Shown in pieces: positions 27,096-40,475 of a stretch of DNA of 64,000 bases. Made by a program: the position numbers and the translations under genes. This DNA is from Chiloscyllium plagiosum. Lineage: Eukaryota. Below the pieces are notes generated by a model. The model was not told where the DNA came from, made no database searches, and was given only the letters and a program-made list of their open reading frames with translations. The stretch covers positions 10,212,009 through 10,276,008 of the forward strand of contig NC_057718.1 of NCBI RefSeq assembly GCF_004010195.1, given 5' to 3'. Every line of letters starts with the position of its first letter. The first letter of the stretch is position 1.

Positions 27096-28294
27096 CCAAA
27101 TGTTCTACTGTAGATCAAGAGAACAATCTTTCCAGGTGATGATATTTCAATATGTTTTCTTCACTTATCATTCTATTTAGTGGAGGTTGAGAGTTTGGAA
27201 GGTATTGTCAAAGAAGTCTTGCTGAGCTGTTGCAGCCCATCTTGCAGATGGTACACACTGCTGCAACTGTGCGTCACTGATGGAGGGAGGGAATGTCTGG
27301 ATGATGGATAGGTGCCAAGCTCTGCAATATTAATGGGTGCGTCAATGTTATTGGAAAATAACTCTCCTAATTTTAAAATCCCTTGTTGGCCAACCCCCAC
27401 CTATCTCAGTCCCTAGCTGCAGCCCTACAACTCTCTCGAGATCTCCACCTTTCTCCCATTCTGGCTGCTAGTGCATTCCTGGTGTTCATTAATCCAGCAT
27501 TGATGGCTATGTCCTTAGCTGTCTGGGCACATACCTGTAGAATTCCCCCTCTAAACTTTTCTCTCCATGAATCCTAACTCTTTGACCTGAATATATTCTT
27601 GTGTGGTAAGTGGTGAATTTTATTGGATATGGCTCTGGGAAACATTATGGAAAACTCGGCCATGCTAAAAGTGTAACATCATTGCAAGTGCAGCTCCAAC
27701 AACACTCAAGAAAGTTGACAGCATCCAGGACATAAGGACATAAAAACTATGAATAGGACTAGGCCATTCAGCCCCTCAAATCTGCTCCGCCATTTGATCG
27801 AACCATGGCTGACCTCATTTCTGTCTCTGCTCCTATTTCCTGCCTGTTCTCCATAACCCTTCATCAATTAAAAATCAATCTATCTGCTTCTTAAATGTAC
27901 TCAACTGGCAATGCAGCTTGCTTGATTCGTGCCTCATCCACAAACATCCACTGCCTCTATCACCAACACTGAGTTGCAGCAGCATATAGCAGCTACAAGA
28001 TGCACTGCAGCAACTCACCAAGGCTCCTCTGATAGCAGCTTCCAAACATGTGATTTCTGCCACCTAGACTGATGAGGGCAACAACTGCATGGGAACACCA
28101 CCACCTTCAAGCTTCCCTCCAAGCCACTCACCATCCAGACTTGGAAGTATAGCTCTGTTCCTTCTCTGTCGCTGGATCAAAATTCTGGAATTCTTTTCCT
28201 AACAATGCTATGGCAGGGGTCACACAGGACAAGAAGTACAATGATCCAGTAAGGCAGCTCACCACCACCTTCTCAAGGGCAATTAGGGATGGGA

Positions 28295-28905
28295 AGGTTT
28301 GAGCAATAAGGAGAGGCTGAATAGGCTGAGGCTCTTTCCCTGGCGCGCCAGAGGCTGAGGGGTGATTGTATAGAGGTTTATAAGGTCATGAGGGGCATGG
28401 ATAGAGTGAATAGAAGGTCTTTTCCCCAGGTTAGAGAGCCCTAAACTAGAGGGCATAGGTTTAGGGTGGGTTGGGGGGGGGGCAAAGATTTATAAAGAAC
28501 CTAAGCAGCAACTTTTAAATGCAGAAGGTGGTGCTTGCATGGAATGAGCTGCCACAGGAAGTGGTGGAGGCTGGTACAATTATAACACTTAAAAGGCATC
28601 TGGATGGGTGTATGAATATGAAGGGTTAAGAGGGATATGATCTGAGAGTTTTGTTTATTTTTGTAAACTTGTAAAAATGTTAAATTTCTAATAAAAATAT
28701 CTATAAAAAAAAAAAAAGGCATCTGGATGGGTGTATGAATATGAAGGGTTAAGAGGGATATGGGCCAAATGCTGCCTCGATTCATTTAAGATATCTGGTC
28801 AGCATGGACGAGTTGGACCGAAGGGTCTGTTTCATTTATATGATATCTGCACAGCATGGACAAGTTGGACCGGAGGGTCTGTTTCTGTGCTTTTTGACTC
28901 TTTGA
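28295..28905 (+). mobile_element. CR1 3' fragment containing a poly(A)-tailed insertion (28640-28713)
   Basis: CR1 3' motifs; 49-bp direct repeat at 28591-28639 and 28714-28762 around an AATAAA + A-tail segment. Confidence 0.85.
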
Positions 28906-30165
28906 CTCGATGGCAATAAGTGCTGGTATGAAAGGAATTTTTAAAAAGTCAGCCTCTGGTCCTTTGCTGACATTACAATGTATTCACAGCTCCCTGAAGA
29001 TGTAAGGAGCCCCTCCAACCTTACCTCTGCACATTCTCAAACCCCCCTTTTCCACACTTCCCACTCCATTGTAGGCCAATCCCTCACTGCATCATCCATT
29101 TGCGAGTGTGAAATCCAGACTACACAACAATCCAGGGATTAAATGCTGTTCAGGTACACAATGAGAAGATTTACAACATTAAGCTCAGCACTAAAGACAT
29201 TAGAAACCTGTCTCGCAGTGATGAGTGTGAACAGGATAAGACAGGAATTGGTGACTGTGCAGTCACTGACTGTTAGTAACGCCCCAGAACAACTCCCTGG
29301 GTGATGACTGATCACCCAATAAGTCTATAGGAGGTTAATGAATGATTTATAAGTGCCCATTAGGAAGAGCCTCACTCAGAAATGTTAATCAAATTTAAAT
29401 GCACTTACAATGAATTTTGCCTCATGATTGTTGTGGGTTCCAACTGCCAAGTTTAGATATGATTATCCACAGACCTTGCATCATCCCTAAATGCTTTTCC
29501 TCCTACTCCTTCAGTCTGTGGTTTCTGAAGGCTGTTACTTTCTTTCAGCTAATCACGCCTACCTGACAGAGTCTGACTAGCATGCTAATCCCTTTTAAAG
29601 GCATTTCTGGTTTGATCTATACATGACTCCTCAGGAAGAGAAATGGCCATTGAGTAGCCAGCCTTTTACACAACACCCATAGTCTGAGTGTGAATGATAA
29701 CTAAAAGAATAACCTTTTATGCAACTGCATATTGATAGCAGTGTGGGCAGTAGCAGAACAGTTTGTCCTGCAGTGCATCAATCAGGCTTTGCCAAGCCAC
29801 ACTGCTTTAACATCTTCCAAGCCTGTATTCTGATCTGACTGTGTAGCATTATTATCAAATATGTATGTGAAGAATTCCACAGATATCGCAGCACTGGTAA
29901 GTTTCAATTCCCTGGACTTCTACTGCCACACTGGTATGTCCAATATTACAATTAGGTTATCTAAATAATCCTATTTGTAAATAAACATGGTTAGAAGTTT
30001 AGCCTTTTATGAACCTTTTTCTTGGATGTCAATTATCCACCTGCTGAAATGGCAAATAACATTGACACCACTCCAGCTCCAACAAGACAGGATCTAACTG
30101 CCTCCCTGTGGTGTTCAAAAGAATTAACATTGCTGAATCCCCTGTTATCAACACCCTAGATGATT

Positions 30166-30912
30166 AGAGTCATAGAGTCATGGAGTCATAGAGATGTTCA
30201 GCATGGAAACAGACCCTTCGGTCCAACCTGTCCATGCTGACCAATCTAGTACCACCTGCCAGCACCCAGCCCATATCCCTTCCAACACTTCCTATTCATA
30301 TACCCATCCGAATGCCTTTTAAATGTTGCAATTGTACCAGCCTCCACCACTTCCTCTGGCAATTCATTCCATTCACGTACCACCCTCTGTGTGAAAAAGT
30401 TGCCTTTTAGGTCTCTTTTATATCTTTCCCCTCTCACCCTAAACCTATGCCCTCTAGTTCTGGACTCCCCATCCCAGAGAAAAGACTTTGCCTATTTATC
30501 CTATCCATGCCCCTCATAATTTTGTAAACCTCTATAATTGTTCAGCAACACTCCCTAGGACCTTACCATTGCGTGTACAAGTCCTGCTAAGATTTGCTTT
30601 CCCAAAATGCAGCACCTCATATTTATCTAGGTTAAACTCCATCTGCCATTTCTCAGCTCATTGGCCCATCTGATCAAGATCCCGTTGTAATCTGAGGTGA
30701 CCTTCTTTGCTGTCCACTACACCTCCAATTTCGGTGTCATCAGCAAATTTGCTAACTATACCTCTTACGCTCACATCCAAATCATTTATATCAATGATGA
30801 AAAGTAGTAGACCCAGCACCGATCCTTGTGGCACTCCACTGGTCACAGGCCTCCAGTCTAAAAAACAACTCTACATCACAACCCTCTGTCTTCTACCTTT
30901 GAGCCAGTTCTA
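30166..30912 (-). mobile_element. CR1 fragment with internal deletion
   Basis: TSGVPQGSVLG, SKFADDT, FTQRVVREWNELP. Confidence 0.9.
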
Positions 30913-32335
30913 GTTTTGAATAGAAGCTTAACTGGACCAGCAATATAAAAATTATGGCTCCTAACTCCCCAAAGCCTATCCTCCATCTACAAGGCACAAG
31001 TCAGGAGCCTAATGTAACACCCATTATTTGCCTGGATGATTGTGGCTCCAATACCAACCAAGAGCCTTGGCACCATCCAGGATAAAGCAGCCTGCTTGAT
31101 TGGCACCACATCCACTCCCTTCATTATCGACGGACTGTAGCAGCACTGTGTACCATCTCCAAGTACAATGCAGCAACTCACTAAGCCCTTCAACAGCACT
31201 TTCAAAGCACACAACCACCATTGCATAGAAAGACAAGGACAACAGATGCTTCGGATTACCATTTCTGCTAACTCCCCTCCATGGCGCTCCCCGTTTGTTT
31301 CCCATCACTGAGAAGAGAAAGTTGAGAGGAAATAAGATTCAGAGGTTGCAAAAATCACGAGGAGCCAAAATAGGGGAAGTAGGGAAACACTGTTCCCTTT
31401 GATGGAAGAATCCAGCATCAGAGGACAGCACTTGAAGATGAATCCCAAAAGAGCCAACTGAGAAATGAGGAAAAATGCTTTTTATGTAGATTAGGTTAGG
31501 ATATGGAATTTACTGACAGAGTCTGTCAAGGGAGGTTTCATCATGGCTTCCAAAAAAGAACTAGGTAATAATCTGAAGAGAAAAGATTCTCAGGCAAAGG
31601 GCAGGAAGTGTGCAACTGGCTAAGTTGTTCTTGCAAAGAACCAGCATTGACATCACGGGTCAAATGGCCTCCTCGTGTGTTGATTCTAGGAGAGGGATGG
31701 ACTATTTCCCACTTGCCTGGACAACGCAACTCCAACAACATTCCAGGAGCTCAGCACCATACAGGACAGAATGTATAGCCACAGTATTTCACATTCACTA
31801 GCTTATGTTTAAGTCACAGATTCAACTGTGTAAGCCGCCTTTGTAGATGTAATATTTACATCGACTGCTAATGAAAGGACATTCTTTGGATAATGGATCC
31901 CCGGAGTATCTCTGAAACCAGAGACTGCCTTCATGTACACGTGCAAACTTACAAACGAGAGTAAGTCATTCAGCCCTTCAAGCCTCCTGCAACATTCAAT
32001 AAAATCATGGCTGATCTGTTTTTAATCCCACCTCTGCATTCCTGCATATCCCCCGATCATCTTTCATCCCCTTAGTCATCAAGAATCCATCTGCCTCCAC
32101 CTTTAAAATATTTAAAGAATCTGCATCCACTGTATCCAGAGGAGGCGAATTCTAAAGACACTCAACCCTCTGAGACAAAACAAAATTCTTGCTTTGCCTT
32201 AAATGAGCGTCTCCTTATTTTTAAACTATGACTCCTAGTTCTAGATCATTCCACAAGAGGAAACATCCATCCCACACCCATTAAGTCCTGTGCAGGTGTA
32301 TGTGCTTTAGACATTAATAAAACTGACAGGCTTAC

Positions 32336-32387
32336 CTCAATTGATAAGTCGGCAGCTTGGCAGCATTGTTTTCAGATTTCAGTGTCT
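32336..32387 (-). CDS. ARFGEF3: ARFGEF3/BIG3-like, coding exon 2 (52 nt)
   Basis: Acceptor tttttttttcag| and donor AG|GTAAGC. Encodes (E)TLKSENNAAKLPTYQL(R), the same length as the recalled ETLGGLDTIVKIPPHVLR. Phases are compatible with exons 1 and 3. Confidence 0.8.
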
Positions 32388-33599
32388 CTGAAAAAAAAAT
32401 GAGTGAGAAATTCGAATTAATTTTGGAATCTGGAGTATATTCCTTGCACCCAGTGCCCAGCATTCAGTTCTCCTGCTCCCTCAAGTTGGCACAAGGAGCG
32501 GAACCCACAAATGCCAGAGAAATGAAGTCTCATCCACCTTGTTCACCAAAGCCTGGATTTTAAAATTCACCAGGACCTAACTCCTCCCGATCTCCATGAC
32601 CTCCGCCAGTCCTGCAACCTTTCAAGGTGGCTGCATGACTCCAATCCTGGCCTCAGATGGTTAGGCGGTGGCAGGTGAGAAAGATGACACTGGCACAGGA
32701 CAACGCTGAGACCTCTGTAGCAGAACTTATTCTGACATTTCCTAAATCGTTCTGCTCTTTGAAACCTCAATTCTAAGTCTGTTAGTCCTTGCTCTGTTCA
32801 ATCAGGACCTTTGTATGTTATGAATTGCCTGTACTTCACGCAAACCAAAACCTTTCACTGTACCTAGGTACATGTGACAAACATAAATCAAATCAAATCA
32901 AAGTGGTAATGTTGTTTAGATTAGTAATCAAGGAGGCCAGGCTAGTGTTCTGGGGCATGGATTCGAATGACAACTAGTGGGATTTTCATTCCATTCATAA
33001 AAGCTGGAATTGATAGCTAGCTATCACAACCATGATGCATTCACTAAATGTCAGGAAGACCCATCTAATATCCTCTAGACTGGAAAATCTGCTGACTCCA
33101 CCCAACCTGGCCTACAAGTGACTCCAGACCCACAGCAACGCGGTTGGCTCTAAACTCAGTCCTGAAATGCCAAGCAAGCCACTCAGTTCAAGGGCATGAT
33201 CATCGACAAAACATTTCATTCCAAAAATAAGTTTTAGTTATTTTTAACAAAACTGCTCAATTATGCTATAACTCACCTCCGGGGGAAGTGGCACTTGAAC
33301 CTGGACCTCCCAGCTCAGAGATAAGGATAGTACCATCACAATGGAAGATCCATTTATGATTGCAACTATTCATGTTCTGAAGCTAAGCTAATAAATTATT
33401 TTAAATGTGCTGTCAGAATATCTCAGGATTAAATAGCCTAAAAAAAACTTCATTTGACACATTTTAAGTTAAAAGTTTGTCTTAGACATGGCATTACTGA
33501 CATAAAAGTAAAAATATGAAAAAAAAATACTGAATGAGTTCTAGTTTACGAACTTAAAAATTAGAAGCAGGCAAACAACACTTGCCCCTTGAGCTTTTA

Positions 33600-35150
33600 A
33601 TAGATTAGAATCCCTGCAGTGTGGCCCTTCAGCCCATCAAGCCCACATTGACCCTCCGAAGACTAACCCATCCAGACACATGCCCCTACCCTATATTTAC
33701 TCCTGACTAATTCACCTAACCTACATATCCCTGAACACTATTTAGTGCGGCTAATTCACCTAACCTGCACATCTGTGGGAGGAAACCAGCGCACCTGAAT
33801 AAAACCCACATAGACACAATGAGAACATGCAAACTCCACACACAGTTGTCCAACGGTGGAATCAAACCCAGGTCCCTGGAGCTGTGAGGCAGCAGTGCTA
33901 ACCACTGAGCTACCATGCCAGTACAAGGGCCACTGTCTTACTCTGCATTCAAACCTATTCCTGATAACCTTATAGTCCTTTTCTTGTCTAGAATCAATCC
34001 AGCTTTCTATTAATAAATTCAAACACGCTGCTTCTCCTAGCTTTCAAGAAAGATTGTTCCAGAAGTATAGGAGTTGGAACATCATAGAAAGGATGTTGAT
34101 GAACTTGAAAGGGTGCATAAAAGATTTACAAGGATTTTGCAGAGAGTGGAGGGCTTGAGCTATAGGAAGAGGTTGAATAGACTGCAGCTTTTTTCCCTAG
34201 AGCATCAGAAGCTGAGGGGTGACCTGATAGAGGTTTATAAAATCATCAGGGGCACAGATAGGATGAATAGCCAAGGTCTTTTTCCTAGGGGAAGGAAGTC
34301 CAAAACTAGAGGTTTAAGGTGACAGGGGCAAGATTTAAAAGGGACCTGAGGGGTAGCTTTTTCCCGCAGATGGTGGTGCGTGTATGGAATGAGCTGCCAG
34401 AGAAAATGGTAGAGGCTGGTACAATTACAACATTTAAAAGCCATCTAATGGGTATATGAATAGGAAAGGTTTAGTGGGATATGGGACACGTTGGCAAATG
34501 GGACTAGGTCAGATTGGGATGTCTTGTCTGCATGGATGAGTTAGACCGAAGGGTCTGTTTCTGTGTTGTGTATAATCACAATAATCTGGTGAAACATTTC
34601 TCCTCATCTTTGCCTAACTGGATGATACCCTTATTTTTAAACAGTGACCCCTAGTTTTTATTCTCCTACAAGAGGAAACATCCTCTCCACATCCACTCTG
34701 TCAAAACTCCTTAGGGTCTTATATATTTCAATTAAGTTACTATTTACTCTTCCAAATTCCAGTGGATATATGCCTACCCTGTCCAACACTTCCTTACAAG
34801 ACAACTTCTTATTCCAAATACTCATTTAATAAACATTCTCTGAACTGTTTCCAGTGCAATTATATTCTTCCTTTATTAAGGAGATCAATACTGTACACAG
34901 TATTCCAGATATGGTGTCCCTATGCCTTGTATAATTGAAGCATAACCTTCCTACTTGTGTGTTCAATTCCCCTCGCAAAAAATGAGAACATGGAATTAGC
35001 TTTCCTACTTGTTGTAACAGCACACTAACCCTCCGCAATTCATCCACGAGGACACACAGATCCCTCTGCATCTCCAACTTCTGCAATCGCTCATCATTTC
35101 ACATTTCCTGCCAAAATGGACAATTTCACACTTTGCCAAATTGTACTCTG
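33600..35150. mobile_element. V-SINE (-, ~33600-33920) and CR1 fragments (+ ~34065-34570; - ~34590-35150)
   Basis: Recognisable SINE V-domain and CR1 ORF2 C-terminal motifs. Confidence 0.8.
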
Positions 35151-35581
35151 TAGTCACTTCCCTTTGTCCCATTTCCTCGATCCAAAGGATGTGTGCTGGT
35201 AGATATGACCCAGGAAGTGTGCTGTGTACTGACCCTGAGATAGAAGGTAGATGGGCTGAACTGGTTGGTGTGGAGTTGGTAAGTGAAGTGTGGCAGAGAC
35301 TGTTCAACCTTCCAGTGGCTTTCCATCAGTTGTTATATATTTGGGGGGTACCACTGTTTGTGAGGCCAGGGCAATTATTGTCACAGTTACCTAAATAAAG
35401 TTTTGTTTTGCTTGCAGTAAAGGCAGATCATACCATACAAAGTGCATTAAGGTAACAGAACAGAGCAAAAAACACAATGTTACAGCTGCAGAGAAGATGC
35501 ACAGACAGTGAGATCAACATTAAATTTTAAGTTTGAGAAGTCCTATCAAAAGTCTAATGGTGCTCAGTATTCTGTAACTGC

Positions 35582-35760
35582 GAGGAAGTGAGGACTGCAG
35601 ATGCTGGAAAATCAGAGTCAAAAGTTGTGGAAAATCAGAGTCAAAAACAAAGCAGGTTAGGAAGCATCTGAGGAGCAGATGAAGGGCTTATGCCCAAAAT
35701 GTCGACTCCCCTGCTCCTCAGATGCTGCTGTGTTATTCCAGCATCACACTTTTCAACTCT
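35582..35760. mobile_element. Degenerate palindromic Penelope-derived insertion
   Basis: Same terminus (gaggaagtgaggactgcagatgctgg); imperfect TSD gtattctgYaRctg; decayed hammerhead. Confidence 0.65.
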
Positions 35761-36438
35761 GTATTCTGCAGCTGAGTCTGAAAGGGAGTGTACTGAGCAA
35801 AGTTTAGAATGGCAGCAGTCTACACAATCAAAGAAAAGATACCTCAGTGGCATACAGCCTTGGTCAGATCCCTGTCTGCAACCAACTTTGCACTGCACAC
35901 CTCACAAAGGATGTGCTGGCCTCTGTAAGGTGCAACAAAGTGCCAACAGTATGATCTGAAGCATCACGGGTTAAATTATAAGGGAAGGCCACACAAACCT
36001 GACTTGTGTTCTCTATCTGGAAAATTGAGAGGAGTTTTAATCAAGGTTTGCTTCTAATGTCGAGAAGATTTGACCTGTAGGATAGACTGTTTCCTCTAAA
36101 GGGACAATCACATTCAAAGGGACCTCATCTGAAGTGAGGCCTCAGATACTCTGTTGGCACTTTGGTGCACTTTACAATGGTCAGCACACCCTCACCTTCA
36201 AACTCAAGCTGCTCCACCTCTGAGGGACATCAGGAAACAAGTCTTCACTGAGAGTAGAAAAATTCCCTCCCACTAAAGGCTGCGGATACTCACAGGGGTT
36301 TGCTAGGTAGACAGTATCACTATGGGTCTGCAGTCACATGTAGGCCAGGCTGGGTAAAGATGGTAGATTTCCTTGCCTAAAGGTCATTTCATGAACCAGA
36401 TGGATTTTATTTATTAGTCAATAATAGTTTCATGCTGG

Positions 36439-37110
36439 AGGAGAAAGTGAGGTCTGCAGATGCTGGAGATCAGAGCTGAAAATGTGTTGCTGGAAAAGCG
36501 CAGCAGGTCAGGCAGCANNNNNNNNNNNNNNNNNNNNNNNNNNNNNNNNNNNNNNNNNNNNNNNNNNNNNNNNNNNNNNNNNNNNNNNNNNNNNNNNNNN
36601 NNNNNNNNNNNNNNNNNNNNNNNNNNNNNNNNNNNNNNNNNNNNNNNNNNNNNNNNNNNNNNNNNNNNNNNNNNNNNNNNNNNNNNNNNNNNNNNNNNNN
36701 NNNNNNNNNNNNNNNNNNNNNNNNNNNNNNNNNNNNNNNNNNNNNNNNNNNNNNNNNNNNNNNNNNNNNNNNNNNNNNNNNNNNNNNNNGGAATGAGGAA
36801 ACTGGTGAAATCCGAGTTCATCCCTTGTGGTTGGAGGGTTCCTAGGCGGAAGATGAGGCGCTCTTCCTCCAACCGTCGTGTTGTTGTGGTCTGGTGATGG
36901 AGGAGTCCAAAAACCTGCATATCCTTGTGGGCGCAAGTCTTGCACCTCCTGCGGTTGCAGGGGAAGGTGCCGGGAGTGGAGGTTGGGTTGGTGGGGGGTG
37001 TGGATCTGACGAGGGAGTCACGGAGGGAGTGGTCTTTACGGAATGCTGATAGGGGAGGGGAGGGAAATATATCCTTGGTGGTGGGGTCTGTTTGGAGGTG
37101 GTGGAAATGA
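36439..37110 (-). mobile_element. Penelope-like element fragment (GIY-YIG end), spanning an assembly gap
   Basis: ORF fragment MQVFGLLHHQTTTTRRLEEERLIFRLGTLQPQGMNSDF, upstream PCNRRRCKTCAH-like motif, and the same terminal sequence as the short copies. Confidence 0.8.
36518..36789. other. Assembly gap
   Basis: Run of N within a Penelope element. Confidence 1.
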
Positions 37111-37299
37111 CGATAGGCTCACCATCACTGAGACAAGCTCTCAACTCAAGAGTTATTAATTCAATTCAAGTTCTACCAGCTGCCATGGCAAGATTTGAAC
37201 CCATACCCCTAGAACATTACCATTGGATTACTAGATTAAAACATTACCACCATCAACTGCCCATGCTAAATAATGCCCCAATCTAAAGATCATAACATC

Positions 37300-38350
37300 A
37301 AGTATAGGAGTTGGGACATCTTGTTGCAGCTGTACAAGATGTTGGTGAGGTCACAAGTGTGTGCAATTCTGGTCACCCTACTATCAAAAGGATATTATTA
37401 AACTAGAAAGAGTGTAGAAAAGATTTACTAGAACCTTATCTGGACTGAAGGGTTTGAGTTGTAGGGAGTGGTTGGATAGGCTGAGACGTTTTTCCCTGGA
37501 GCATAGGAGACTGAGGGGTGACCTTATAGAAGTCAAAATCATGAGGGACATAGATAATGTTGATAGCCAACAGTAGGGGCATATAAAACTAGGGGGCATA
37601 GGTTTAAGGTGAGATGGGAGAGACACAAAAGAGTCCAGAAAGGCATTTGTTTTCACACAGAGGGTGAGGAGTGTCTGGAATAGGCTGCTAGAGGCAGTGG
37701 TGGAAGACAGCACAATTTTGTTATTTAAGAAATATTTAGACAGGTACATGGATGGGATAGGTATGGAGGGATGTGGATCAAACATAGGCAAATGGGACTA
37801 GTTTAAGTTGTGAAAATGGAATGGCATGGGAAAGCTAGGCTGAAGGGCCTGTTTCCTTGCTGCAGACCTCTAGGATTAATTCATCCCGTACAGCAGTCAG
37901 TACAGTCCAAGATCTCCAGTGTGTAGGGACATAGGGCAAATATAAATTAGACAGGGATTTGCAACTCTTCTGATACAGAAGCAGCCCATGTCCTTATGCA
38001 ATTTGACCTGTGCAATACCCAGGTTTGTTTTTAAAGATTAGATTCCCTACAGTGTGGAAACAGGCCCTACGGTCCAACTGGTCCACAACGACCCTCCAAA
38101 GAGTAACCCACCCAGACCCATTTCCCCTCCGACTATTGCACCTGACACTATGGGCAATTTAGCATGGCCAATTTACCTGACTTGCAAATCTTTGGACTGT
38201 GGGAGGAAACCGGAGCACCCAGAGGAAACTCAGGCAGACATGGGGAGAATGTGCAAACTCCACACAGACAGTCGCCCGAGGTTGGAATCGCACCTGGGAC
38301 CATGGTGCTGTGAGGCAGCAGTGCTGACCACTGAGCCACCGTGCCATCCA
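37300..38350. mobile_element. CR1 3' fragment (+, ~37300-37870) and V-SINE (-, ~38036-38350)
   Basis: CR1 and SINE motifs as in the other copies. Confidence 0.85.
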
Positions 38351-38896
38351 CAGTTTGAGCAGATAATTAGCAAGTAACATCCATGTGATATAAATGGCAG
38401 TGGATATGTCCAACAAGAGCGTGTCCGACTACCACCTTTGACATTCAATGGCACTACCATCACTGAATCCCCTGCACTATCCACATTTCTGGGGTTATCA
38501 GGTACTCTATTGGACAAGCCATACAAACGCTGTAGCCACAAAAGCAGGTCAAAGACTAAGAATCCAGTGGCAGGTAAGTCACCTCCAGACTCCCCAAAGC
38601 CTGCCTATCATTTACAAGGCACAGGTCAGGCATGTGATGGAATACTTGCTGGCTGGGTGCAGCCCCAATAACACTCAAGAAGCTTGACACAAAGCACTCT
38701 ACTTGACTGGTACCTCATCCACCACCTTCAACACTCACTCTCTCCTTCACAGTTGCACCATCTCGAAGACACCCTACAGCAAATTGCCAAGTTTCTTCAG
38801 ACAGCACCTTCCAAATGCATAACTCTTGGCATCTGGAAGGACAAGGGTAGCAGATTCATGGGAAAATTCACCTCTAAGCCACAAGCCATCCTGATT

Positions 38897-40475
38897 TGGG
38901 TGGCATGGCGGCTCAGTGGTTAGCACTGCTGCCTCACGGGACCCAAATTCAATTCCAGCCTTGGGTGACTGTCTGTGTGGAGTTTGCACATTCCCCTCAC
39001 TTCTGCGTGGGTTTCGTGCGGGTGCTCCAGTTTCCTCTCACAATCCAAAGATGTGCATGTTAGGTGAATTGGCCATGCTAAATTGCTCATAGTCAACACA
39101 AGATAATAGGATAGGGGAATGGATCTGGGTGTGTTACTCTTTAGAGGGACAGTGTGGACTTGTTGGGCCAAAAGGCCTGTTTCTACACTGTAGGGATTCT
39201 ATTAAAAAACTGCATCGTGGATATACCTGTAGCTGTGCAAGTAGATAGGCCACCACTTGGATGGCACAGTGGCACAGCGTTTAGCACTGTTGCCTCACAG
39301 CACCAGAGACCTGGGTTCAATTCCCACCTCGGGCAGTCTATCTGTGTGGAGTTTACACATTCTCCCCGTGTCTACGTGAGTTTCCTCTGGGTGCTCCGGT
39401 TTCCTCCCACAGTCTAAAGATGTGCAGGTTAGGTGAATTGGCCATGCTAAATTGCCCGTAGTCAGAGTCATAGAGATGTACAGCATGAAAACAGACTCTT
39501 CGGTGCATGCCGACCAGATATCCCAACACAATCTAGTCCCACCTTCCAGCACCCGGCCCATATCCCTCCAAACCCTTCCTATTCATATACCCATCCAAAT
39601 GCCTCTTAAATGTTGCAATTGAACCAGCCTCCACCACTTTCTCTAGCAGCTCATTCCATACACGTACCACACTCTGTGTGAAAAAGTTGCCCTTTAAGTC
39701 TCTTNNNNNNNNNNNNNNNNNNNNNNNNNNNNNNNNNNNNNNNNNNNNNNNNNNNNNNNNNNNNNNNNNNNNNNNNNNNNNNNNNNNNNNNNNNNNNNNN
39801 NNNNNNNNNNNNNNNNNNNNNNNNNNNNNNNNNNNNNNNNNNNNNNNNNNNNNNNNNNNNNNNNNNNNNNNNNNNNNNNNNNNNNNNNNNNNNNNNNNNN
39901 NNNNNNNNNNNNNNNNNNNNNNNNNNNNNNNNNNNNNNNNNNNNNNNNNNNNNNNNNNNNNNNNNNNNNNNNNNNNNNNNNNNNNNNNNNNNNNNNNNNN
40001 NNNNNNNNNNNNNNNNNNNNNNNNNNNNNNNNNNNNNNNNNNNNNNNNNNNNNNNNNNNNNNNNNNNNNNNNNNNNNCCTCCAATTTTGGTGTCATCTGC
40101 AAACTTACTAACTGTACCTCTTATGCTCGCATCCAAATCATTTATGTAAATGACAAAAAGTAGAGGGCCCAGCACCAATCCTTGTGGCACTCCACTGGTC
40201 ACAGGCCTCCAGTCTGAAAAACAACCCTCCACCACCACCCTCTGTCTTCTACCTTTGAGCCAGTTCTGTATCCAAATGGCTAGTTCTTCCTCTATTGCAT
40301 GAGATCTAACCTTGCTAATCAGTCTCCGATGGGGAACCTTGTCGAACGCCTTACTGAAGTCCATAGTTTTTGGTGAAGGGGTAAATGTAGGAGAATGGGT
40401 CAGGGTGAGTTGCTCTTCGGAGGGTCAGTGTGGACTTGTTGGGCCGAAGGGCCTGTTTCCACACTGTAGGTAATC
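38897..40475. mobile_element. Two V-SINEs (+); the second is split by a CR1 (-, ~39463-40364)
   Basis: The SINE breaks at attgcccgtagt and resumes at ggtgaaggggtaaatgtagg after the CR1 ([12 protein letters not shown]...SKFADDT). Confidence 0.85.
39705..40077. other. Assembly gap
   Basis: Run of N within a CR1. Confidence 1.

Noticed and set aside
36414..40364. Long ORFs containing X runs
   Set aside because: Artefacts of translating through N gaps.
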